Shown: positions 1 to 7,544 of the stretch, piece by piece
Layout of the letters: each line of letters starts with the position of its first letter
Numbering within the stretch: the first letter of the stretch is position 1
Source: Blastocatellia bacterium
GTDB taxonomy: Bacteria; Acidobacteriota; Blastocatellia; UBA7656
Direction: 5' to 3'
Length of the DNA: 64,000 nucleotides
Assembly: GCA_035293105.1 (NCBI GenBank)
Contig: DATDOV010000007.1
Coordinates: forward strand, 5,121-69,120
The notes under the pieces: generated by a model
Database searches by the model: none
What the model saw: only the letters and a program-made list of their open reading frames with translations
Told to the model about the DNA's origin: nothing
Program-made: the position numbers and the translations under genes

Positions 1-756
1 ACGTCCGCCGATCATGCAACCGGCAACGCGTTGGCAGTCATTAATCAAGAAATGGCCCGGCGGTATTGGCCGAACATCAATCCCGTCGGAGAGCGACTCT
101 CGGTCGAGGGCGGCCTGACGTACGAGATAGTCGGTGTGGCTGGAAACGCGAGAAACTCCCTGGATGCACAACCGGAGCCGCACATGTACATTCCATATTG
201 GCAAGGGCCACCCTCGGGATCGCTGAGCATATTGGTTAAGACTCCTACGAGTGCGGCGGTTCTTGCGCCTTCGCTCCGAAGTGCGGTCGCCAGTGTCGAT
301 CCGAATCGCGCAGTTGCTAGCATGCGTGGAATGGAAGACTACGTTGACGATTGGCTAGTGAGTTACCGGTTCCGCGCGAGCCTGTTCGCGGTCTTTGGCG
401 GATTGGCCGTTGTGCTGACGGCTCTCGGTTTGTATAGCGTGATGTCTTTCTTCGTGACTCAGCGCACCACCGAGATAGGCGTGCGGATGGCGCTTGGCAG
501 TCAGGCTGGCTCCGTCGTGTTGCTGGTGATGGCACGGGGAATGAAGATCGCCTCAATCGGTGTAGTATTCGGGTTGTTTGCCGCCGTCGCCATGGGCCGC
601 TTGTTATCGAGATTCTTGTTCGGCGTGAGCAACAGCGATCCGAAGATATTTGTGGGCGCGACGTTGCTGGCCATCCTTGTCTGTGTTGCGGCGGCGTACT
701 TACCTGCGCGAAAAGCCGCGACGATAGATCCGTTGAAGGCCTTGCGATACGAATAA
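1..756 (+). CDS. ABC transporter permease (MacB/FtsX-like, ADOP-type), 5'-truncated by the window edge
   Basis: Frame open from base 1. FtsX-type C-terminal motifs 'GLYSVMSFFVTQRTTEIGVRMALG' and 'PARKAATIDPLKALRYE'. Confidence 0.9.
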   Translation, partial: TSADHATGNALAVINQEMARRYWPNINPVGERLSVEGGLTYEIVGVAGNARNSLDAQPEPHMYIPYWQGPPSGSLSILVKTPTSAAVLAPSLRSAVASVDPNRAVASMRGMEDYVDDWLVSYRFRASLFAVFGGLAVVLTALGLYSVMSFFVTQRTTEIGVRMALGSQAGSVVLLVMARGMKIASIGVVFGLFAAVAMGRLLSRFLFGVSNSDPKIFVGATLLAILVCVAAAYLPARKAATIDPLKALRYE

Positions 757-997
757 TTAGCGGATCGGAAGTGCCTGGACGCGGCGCCACTGCGAGGGGG
801 ACGCGCGACGGGGGACGCGGCGACCGTGATGGCAGGCGGTTTAGCCTACCAAGACTCACACCTCAGCGGGTGAAGGTTCTCTGAGGTCAAGCCCGCACGG
901 ATTCAACTCGTAGCCTTACCCATTCTTGAGCCCAACCCGTCTCGGGATTAGTATCGTCAACGGCATCGATTCAAGCCCAGACCAGGAGGCATTCATC

Positions 998-1996
998 ATG
1001 AATAATAAGGGACCATTGTTCACTGTTGCCGCGATTCTCTTTTGCATCATCCCGTTTGTTCATACCGAGCTTGGCAGTACGGCGTTCGCCCAATCCGAAC
1101 CGCTCGGCGACCCGGGGGCCCGGCCCGGATTGTGGCTGCCGTGGCGTGTCGACGTCACCGGCTTTCCGCAGTACGGCATCTCTACGGCGGATCGCAAAGC
1201 GGTTGCCGAGCAGCTCGCGGCCGTCGCTTCCGTCGTGCGGGCGAGTCCGGCGCTCGCCGACCTGCGCGGCATCTACCCGGAACTCACCGGCTCACTCATG
1301 CCCGGCGGCGCGCCCACCGACGAGAAGCACTTCAAGTCCGCGCCGCTGGGTGGAACGATCATTCTGGCTGTCTGGGTCGAGAACCAGATCGACCGCGTGG
1401 GCAACTCCGTCAGCGTAAAAAAGGAGTGGCGGTACAACGGCCCCGCGAGCCTCGTGATCGCCCTCAACCGCCCAATCGAGCCCAACGCCGAGCCGTGGAT
1501 GCAAGACGAGCAGGGCCGCTTCTTTCCACTCGACGAGGGCCGGCCCATCGGCGGATTCCCCGTGCAGTTCGAGCACGTCATCGTCAGCAAGAACGGAAGG
1601 CCCCTCTACCTGCCGGTGACGAAGGAGCGCCTGATCAAGGCATACATCGTGAAGATCGAGCCTGCCGCGCGCACGGTGCCCGAGTACAAGCGCCAACTCA
1701 ACGAAGCGCAGGCGCTGCTAGCGAAGCTGAGCGACGCGGAGAAGAAGCAACCGGCCTGGCGCAAGAACGGCGCGTCGAAGCTCGACCTCGTTCCCGAAGG
1801 CTCCGCCAACGCGCGTCCGCTCGTCGAGGTGAACCGTGCGTTCTTCGACCCGAAGCTCCCGCGGGCAGCATTGCAAGTGCTTCTCGTGCGCATCGAGCCT
1901 CACGCCTCGCAGCGAGCCGCTGGCTCGAAGCTGCTCGCCGCGCGCGCGAGTATGGCCGTCATCGAACGGACCGATTGGCGCAAGGCGCTGCGCTGA
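998..1996 (+). CDS. Exported hypothetical protein
   Basis: AGGAGG at 984-989 precedes ATG 998. Hydrophobic signal-like N-terminus ending 'AFAQ'. No family recognised. Confidence 0.7.
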   Translation: MNNKGPLFTVAAILFCIIPFVHTELGSTAFAQSEPLGDPGARPGLWLPWRVDVTGFPQYGISTADRKAVAEQLAAVASVVRASPALADLRGIYPELTGSLMPGGAPTDEKHFKSAPLGGTIILAVWVENQIDRVGNSVSVKKEWRYNGPASLVIALNRPIEPNAEPWMQDEQGRFFPLDEGRPIGGFPVQFEHVIVSKNGRPLYLPVTKERLIKAYIVKIEPAARTVPEYKRQLNEAQALLAKLSDAEKKQPAWRKNGASKLDLVPEGSANARPLVEVNRAFFDPKLPRAALQVLLVRIEPHASQRAAGSKLLAARASMAVIERTDWRKALR

Positions 1997-2107
1997 ACAA
2001 GCTAAGAGGTTGTCCAACTAACCGCCGGCCGCCGGCGGCCGTCGACAGGTCCGTCAATACCAGTCGGGATCCCATTTGTTTCAAATTTGTTGCGGCCGGT
2101 CAAATCG

Positions 2108-2137
2108 TTGACTTGGCCGAAATTCGCGTGGTATAAC
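2108..2137 (+). promoter_or_regulatory. Sigma70-type promoter upstream of the lytic transglycosylase
   Basis: TTGACT (2108-2113), 18-bp spacer, TGG-TATAAC extended -10 (2132-2137). Confidence 0.55.
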
Positions 2138-2272
2138 GCCCGCGTTCAGCAGGGATATCAGAGCGGAAAGTCGAGACTACGGTTCACTGCCAACGGGGAC
2201 GTCAGCGCGTTCCGGCTTATTCGAACCGCAGCTCATCGCACAACGAGATTCGAGCACAAGGGGAAGTGGAGA

Positions 2273-3874
2273 ATGCGGTTACCCAAAGGACTGTGCCGCA
2301 GTAGTGTTGTTCTACTGCTTTCATTATTGATCATCGAACCATTCGGATTTCAAGCGGCTTTCGCCCAGGCTCAGCAGCAAACTCAACCTCCTAGTGTCGA
2401 GTCCCTGATCGAGCGCGCCGAAACGACTTTCAAGCGGGGCGAGGATGCGCTCGCGAAGGGTCAGCAGGCCGAAGCGCGCGAATTGTTCGATCAAGCCGTT
2501 GATGTGATCCTGCTGTCGGGAATCAACCTGCGAACCAATTCGCGACTGATGGCTTACTATCGCGACCTCGTTGATCGAATCCACAAGCACGAAGCGAATC
2601 CCAACGACCAACACGGCGACGAGGAACGTGAGGAGATCGTCGAGCCGGCCCTGCTCGACCAACTGGCCGACATCAAGGAATCGGAGCTGGCGATGGTCAC
2701 GCCGGACGGGTTGAAGGTCTTCGGCAAGTACGATTTCGATTTCTCGGTTGCGCCGCCGGTCTTTCAGTTCATCGACTTCTTTACCGCCGGCCGGGGTCGT
2801 TCGACGATGGAAGCGGGACTTCGACGCGCGGGCCGCTATCGCGCGATGGTCGAGAAGGTCTTCACCGAAGAGCGCGTGCCGTTAGACCTGATGTGGCTGG
2901 CGCAGGCCGAATCGGGATGGAGACCGAATGCGTTGTCTCGCGCGGCGGCGAAGGGCATCTGGCAGTTCGTGCCGTCGACCGGGCTGCGTTACGAGCTTCA
3001 GCAGACGGCGTGGATTGATGATCGCTCGCAGCCGGAGAAATCCACCCGTGCGGCGGCCCGGTACCTGCGGTGGCTCTACGATCGGTTTGCGGGTGATTGG
3101 CTGCTCGCGATGGCGGGTTACAACTCGGGCGAGAACCGGATTGACAGTGCCATCGCCCGATGTGGCTACGCTGATTTTTGGGAGCTGCACAAACGAGGGT
3201 TGATTCCGGGGGAGACACGCAATTATGTGCCGAGCATCCTCGCGATAATGATCGTCAGCAAGAACCAGAAGCGGTACGGCTTTGACGTGACGCCCGACCC
3301 GCCGTTGAGCTTCGACACGTTCGATCTTCCCGATCAGACGGACTTGAAGGTTGTCGCGGATCTGCTCGGCGTGCCTTACGACGCGATTCAAGAGATGAAT
3401 CCCGAGCTACGTCGCGGCGTGTCCCCGGCAAGTGAGCGCTACACGATCAGGATTCCGAAGGGGATGAAGAAGCAGTTCGAGGCGGCTTACGCGAGCCTGC
3501 CCGCGGACAAGCGCGTGCAGCGCGTGTTGATTCCCGCCGACGAGATCGCCTCAACATACCGGCCGGGATACCGGACAAAAGTCGTCTCTTATCGAGTGCG
3601 GCGCGGCGACACGTTAGCGAGCATCGCACGCCGGAACGGCGTGTCAGTGAAAGAGATTGCCCGCTTGAACCGAATGTCGACCCGCGGCGAGTTGCGAAAG
3701 GGCCAAACGGTGCGCATCCCGAAGGCGGTGCGAACGCGCCGTGTTCGCGCCTCTCGTTCTCGGACTCGCGTGGGCCGCTACCGCGCGAGGGCCGCCGTGC
3801 GCTCGCGTGTTTCGCGGGCGAGAAAGCCGGCCAAAATAAAAGCCTCTCGCGTTCGCTCTTCACGCCGCAAGTAA
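2273..3874 (+). CDS. mltD: Lytic murein transglycosylase, MltD-like (SLT domain plus LysM), with an Arg-rich tail
   Basis: SLT motifs 'AQAESGW', 'GIWQF', 'YNSGE'. LysM 'YRVRRGDTLASIARRNGVSVKEIARLN'. ATG 2273 follows a purine-rich RBS and starts a signal peptide. Confidence 0.85.
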   Translation: MRLPKGLCRSSVVLLLSLLIIEPFGFQAAFAQAQQQTQPPSVESLIERAETTFKRGEDALAKGQQAEARELFDQAVDVILLSGINLRTNSRLMAYYRDLVDRIHKHEANPNDQHGDEEREEIVEPALLDQLADIKESELAMVTPDGLKVFGKYDFDFSVAPPVFQFIDFFTAGRGRSTMEAGLRRAGRYRAMVEKVFTEERVPLDLMWLAQAESGWRPNALSRAAAKGIWQFVPSTGLRYELQQTAWIDDRSQPEKSTRAAARYLRWLYDRFAGDWLLAMAGYNSGENRIDSAIARCGYADFWELHKRGLIPGETRNYVPSILAIMIVSKNQKRYGFDVTPDPPLSFDTFDLPDQTDLKVVADLLGVPYDAIQEMNPELRRGVSPASERYTIRIPKGMKKQFEAAYASLPADKRVQRVLIPADEIASTYRPGYRTKVVSYRVRRGDTLASIARRNGVSVKEIARLNRMSTRGELRKGQTVRIPKAVRTRRVRASRSRTRVGRYRARAAVRSRVSRARKPAKIKASRVRSSRRK

Positions 3875-3878
3875 TGCC

Positions 3879-4000
3879 TTGGAGTGCGGCGACTTGGCGC
3901 CGCTTTTGTAGTCCTTTCTTGCGGCGGGCGGTTTCGAGAGCCTACCAAAGCGGCGCCGGGTCGCCGCGCTCCAAAGCGCCGGGTGCGCCGCGCTCCAAAG
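3879..4000. repeat. REP-like inverted repeat pair (GGAGTGCGGCGAC...GCCGCTTT family) plus a partial third copy
   Basis: Arms at about 3879-3907 and 3947-3974 are near reverse complements. Lies between convergent genes. Same family at 63634-63740. Confidence 0.75.
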
Positions 4001-4002
4001 CG

Positions 4003-5124
4003 TCATCCTCCTTCTTCGAACGCTTCCTTGTTGACCACGTAAGGCATGCGAGTCGGGTCGCCGCCGTAGTTGCCTTCGAGCACGTCGATCACCGCTTGAA
4101 CAGTCCGGCCTGCCATCCCGACCGCCGGGTCAGCCGATAGCCGAGTCTCGTGCGTACCCGAGGCAACGTGATGAAACAAGCGCAGCCGGTCCACGAGCCG
4201 CGCGTCTCGCAACGGACTGTCCGCCGGCAATGGCTCTTGCTCATAAACATCGAGAGCCGCTCCTGCGATTTTGTTATTGATCAGAGCTTCGTGAAGCGCG
4301 CGCTCATCCACAACCGGCCCCCGCGACGTGTTGATCAAGTAGGCGCCCGGCTTCATCGACTCGAACGCTGCGGCATTAAGGAGATGGTAAGTAGGCGCTT
4401 CAGATTCCCCAGGCATGATCAGCGGAACGTGCACGCTCACGTAGTCAGCAGCATTGAGCGCCCGCTCTAACGTCGCGTAGGAGACCCTGTGGAGCGCGTG
4501 CGAGAATCCGGCCTCGTATCTCAAGCGCATTTCGCGATCGGCGGACTCGACGAACTTGTCGTCTCGAAGGATTGGATCGTACAGCAACAGGTCCACGTCG
4601 AGGCCGATGCACTTTTTCGCGAACGCCTTTCCGATCCTTCCCGTGCCGATCACGGCGACGGTCTTGCCCGTTACTTCGTCGCCGAGGATCGGGTGATAAG
4701 GATGCCACGACTCCCAGCGGTTCTCTCGCACCAGATTCTCCGACGGGTAGAGCTTGCGCGACACGGCGCCGAGTATGAACAAGGCGAACTCGGCGGTCGC
4801 TTCGGTGAGTACGTCGGCGGTGTTGGTGAACGGCACGCGATAGCGGTTGGCCGCAGCGCGATCTATGTTGTCGACTCCGACCGCAATCTGAGCAACGACG
4901 CGCAACGTCCCCGAGCCGGCCGCGAAAACTTCTTCGTCGATTGGGTCGCGCAGCGTAGTGATGAGCGCGTTGATGCCGCTGCGGACCTCCTCGACGATCA
5001 GCGATTTGGGCGGCGCTTCGGTGTCGGCGTAGACTTCGACCTCGTAGCCGCGCTCGCGGAGGCGATCGAGCGCGGCGTTGCCGATATCGGCTGTGACAAA
5101 GACTCTCGGTCTCGAATTGCTCAT
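4003..5124 (-). CDS. D-isomer-specific 2-hydroxyacid dehydrogenase (glyoxylate reductase / D-glycerate dehydrogenase-like)
   Basis: 'AVGVDNID', NAD-binding 'GTGRIG', 'INTSRGPVVDE', 'AALDVYEQEP'. Start ATG 5124 (MSNSRPRVFVT). Confidence 0.9.
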   Translation of the reverse strand: MSNSRPRVFVTADIGNAALDRLRERGYEVEVYADTEAPPKSLIVEEVRSGINALITTLRDPIDEEVFAAGSGTLRVVAQIAVGVDNIDRAAANRYRVPFTNTADVLTEATAEFALFILGAVSRKLYPSENLVRENRWESWHPYHPILGDEVTGKTVAVIGTGRIGKAFAKKCIGLDVDLLLYDPILRDDKFVESADREMRLRYEAGFSHALHRVSYATLERALNAADYVSVHVPLIMPGESEAPTYHLLNAAAFESMKPGAYLINTSRGPVVDERALHEALINNKIAGAALDVYEQEPLPADSPLRDARLVDRLRLFHHVASGTHETRLSADPAVGMAGRTVQAVIDVLEGNYGGDPTRMPYVVNKEAFEEGG

Positions 5125-5232
5125 GCGATGATCACGAAATCGAAGGCTAATGTTGAAGGAGGCTCGCTCACGGCGCAAGCGCGACGGCTTCGGTTCCACG
5201 CCGGCGACATTGGATTACCCGTTCTTCGGCGG

Positions 5233-5316
5233 CGGGCGTTTAGAGTACCGACTTCAGTCGGGTCGTAAATCGTCCGGCTCGAAATACCCGACTGAAGTCG
5301 GTACTCTAAACGCCCG
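5233..5316. repeat. REP-like perfect 31-bp inverted repeat; each arm has an internal palindrome CCGACTTCAGTCGG next to GTAC
   Basis: 5233-5263 is the exact reverse complement of 5286-5316. Confidence 0.85.
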
Positions 5317-5393
5317 GCCCAACATATTGGCGACGCGGCGCGAGGCAAACGCTATTAGTTGTGCAGCGCTCGCCGGGTTGGCGCACTTTTTTC

Positions 5394-5422
5394 TTGACTT
5401 GAGAAACGACTCTGCTTACTAT
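5394..5422 (+). promoter_or_regulatory. Sigma70-type promoter
   Basis: TTGACT (5394-5399), 17-bp spacer, TACTAT (5417-5422). Confidence 0.7.
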
Positions 5423-5457
5423 GCGGCGTAACACCGGAAAGGAGGTGGTCCAGACTT

Positions 5458-5499
5458 ATGATAAGTAACAACAGACCAGGTGAGGTGGCTGAGGCCTGA
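5458..5499 (+). CDS. Candidate small ORF (13 aa, MISNNRPGEVAEA) on a structured transcript
   Basis: Directly after the promoter. Preceded by GAAAGGAGGTGGTCCAG (5437-5453) and followed by hairpins. Too short for the ORF track. Confidence 0.45.
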   Translation: MISNNRPGEVAEA

Positions 5500-5640
5500 G
5501 CGTGGCCGGCCGCCGCGTGCGGCTACCGGAGACCTCTTGCTCGCGCGAGCGGTCTCGATCAACCTCTGCTGATTGCAGGAGCAGCACGCTCACTCTTGAA
5601 ATTGCGGATAGGCCCCGGGCCAATCCCAACAGTCCACCGC

Positions 5641-5677
5641 GAGCCCCGGCGCATGACGAGCGTCGGGGCTTGTTTCA
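5641..5677 (+). terminator. Possible intrinsic terminator or attenuator hairpin upstream of dacB
   Basis: GAGCCCCGGCGC / GCGTCGGGGCTT stem followed by GTTTCATT (weak U-tract). Confidence 0.35.
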
Positions 5678-5822
5678 TTCGAGCGAGATCGCCGGCATCC
5701 CGCGCGCAGGCGCCGGCAATCCGAGTGGATGCGCGCGTGATGCAGAACCAAGCGTGAGGTTGCAATTTGTCGAACCGAGTGAAACGATGTCGATCAGAGT
5801 GAGACGATCAGGAAGACCCTCC

Positions 5823-7544
5823 ATGAAGGAATCCCGGCCGGGCGCCGTACTCAATCGAGGCCTGGCTCTGGCGATTTTGATCTGGCTGCTTCAACCGTTC
5901 GTATCGGGTATCGCCCAGGAGCCGAACCGCGCAAGCGCCGCACAACAGACCGCCGCCGCGCCGGAGAGCCTCGAGTCGCTCCGCTCGCGCCTCCTCGCTC
6001 AAATTTCGCAGCCGCGATTCGCGCCGGCCGCCTGGGGCGTGAAGGTCGTCTCGCTTGAAACGGGCAAGACCCTCTTCGATCACAACTCGGACAAGTACTT
6101 CAATCCTGCGTCGAACGCCAAGCTGTACACCGTCGCGCTGGCACTGGATCGCCTGGGACCTGACTACCGGATCAAGACGTCGCTCTACTCGAGAGTGCGG
6201 CCTGATGCGGCCGGGACGCTTAAAGGCGACCTGACGATTTATGGCCGCGGCGACCCTGCGATGGCAGCGAGGTTGAACGACGGAGACTACTACAAGCCGC
6301 TCGAACCGCTTGCGGCCGTGCTGATGAACGCGGGGGTGCGGCGCATCGAAGGGGACCTGATCGGCGACGAGAGTTATTTCACCGGGCCGCCGCTGGGGTC
6401 GGGCTGGAATTGGGACGACCTTCAGTGGTACTACGGCGCTGAGGTATCTGCACTGTCGCTCAACGACAACTCGGTTGACCTCTTTGCCAAACCCGCGGAC
6501 AGGGTAGGCATCCCGTCGCGCCTGAGCACCGGCCCGCCGACCTCTCACGTTACGCTGATCAACCGGACGCTGACGGTGGCCAAAGGCGAGCCGCTTCGCA
6601 TCAGCGTCTACAGGCCGGTAGGCGAGAACATCATCTATGTATCGGGCCGCGTGCCAATAGGCAGCGCAGGTTATTCGGGCTCGGTCGCGGTGCATAATCC
6701 GGCGGGCTTGTTTGTGAACCTCTTCAAGGAAGTGCTCGCGCGCCACGGGATCGAAGTGACCGGCCGCTCGCGAACCATAGACTGGAAATACCGAGAGGTC
6801 ACGCCCGTCGATCTTGCGAAGCTGGTCGAGCTTGGCGGAGTCGAATCGCTGCCGCTCGCGGACCTCGCGCGAGAGACGCTCAAGCCGTCGCAGAACCTCT
6901 ATGCTCAACTGTTGTTGCTCCAGGTTGGAGCCAACGGCGCCCAGGTGGCCAATCAGGCGACGTCAGGGGCTCCGGAGTCGCAATCTGGCGCCTCCAATCC
7001 CAGATCTCAGATTCCGGGTTCCAAGTCTGAAACCTCGAGTCTGAAATCTGATAGTGCAAGGACTCCTCAACCGCCAGCTACGAACCCCTTCATGACCACC
7101 GAAGATGCCGGCGTCGAGGCGATGAGAGCGTTCCTTGCCGAGGTCGGGATAAAGAAGGGCGACGTCCTGCTCGAGGAAGGCTCCGGCCTGTCGCGGCGCG
7201 ACGTCATAACGCCCGCCGCCACGGTCGAGCTGCTGAAATTCATGAGCCGCCACCGATGGGCTGGCGTGTACGCCGACGCGATGCCGGTCGCGGGAGTTGA
7301 CGGCACTCTGCAAAACAGGATGAAAGGGACGGCGGCTGCGAATAACGTCCGCGCAAAGACAGGGTCGCTCCGTTATGTTTTCACGCTCTCGGGATACGTT
7401 ACGGATGCGGCAGGCGAGCGGCTGGCCTTCTCGATCATGCTGAACAACTATTACAGCGCGGACCGGACAGCTTCACCGAGGGAAGACATCGACGCAATCG
7501 CCGTGATGCTTGCGGGGTTCACCGGTCACACAGGTAAGAACTAG
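5823..7544 (+). CDS. dacB: D-alanyl-D-alanine carboxypeptidase/endopeptidase (PBP4, peptidase S13)
   Basis: SxxK 'PASNAKL', SxN 'KPSQNLYAQ', 'EGSGLSR', KTG 'AKTGSL'. Signal peptide after ATG 5823; start is uncertain (5787 possible). Confidence 0.9.
   Translation: MKESRPGAVLNRGLALAILIWLLQPFVSGIAQEPNRASAAQQTAAAPESLESLRSRLLAQISQPRFAPAAWGVKVVSLETGKTLFDHNSDKYFNPASNAKLYTVALALDRLGPDYRIKTSLYSRVRPDAAGTLKGDLTIYGRGDPAMAARLNDGDYYKPLEPLAAVLMNAGVRRIEGDLIGDESYFTGPPLGSGWNWDDLQWYYGAEVSALSLNDNSVDLFAKPADRVGIPSRLSTGPPTSHVTLINRTLTVAKGEPLRISVYRPVGENIIYVSGRVPIGSAGYSGSVAVHNPAGLFVNLFKEVLARHGIEVTGRSRTIDWKYREVTPVDLAKLVELGGVESLPLADLARETLKPSQNLYAQLLLLQVGANGAQVANQATSGAPESQSGASNPRSQIPGSKSETSSLKSDSARTPQPPATNPFMTTEDAGVEAMRAFLAEVGIKKGDVLLEEGSGLSRRDVITPAATVELLKFMSRHRWAGVYADAMPVAGVDGTLQNRMKGTAAANNVRAKTGSLRYVFTLSGYVTDAAGERLAFSIMLNNYYSADRTASPREDIDAIAVMLAGFTGHTGKN
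6982..7051 (+). repeat. Degenerate heptamer tandem array inside dacB
   Basis: aatctgg-cgcctcc-aatccca-gatctca-gattccg-ggttcca-agtctga-aacctcg-agtctga-aatctga. Confidence 0.55.

Noticed and set aside
775-830. GGGGGACGCG short repeats after the permease
   Set aside because: Only two clear copies; too little to call a feature.
5437-5453. Fragment of a 16S rRNA gene on the minus strand
   Set aside because: The match is limited to 17 nt and the flanks show no rRNA sequence; it is positioned as a ribosome-binding site behind a promoter.
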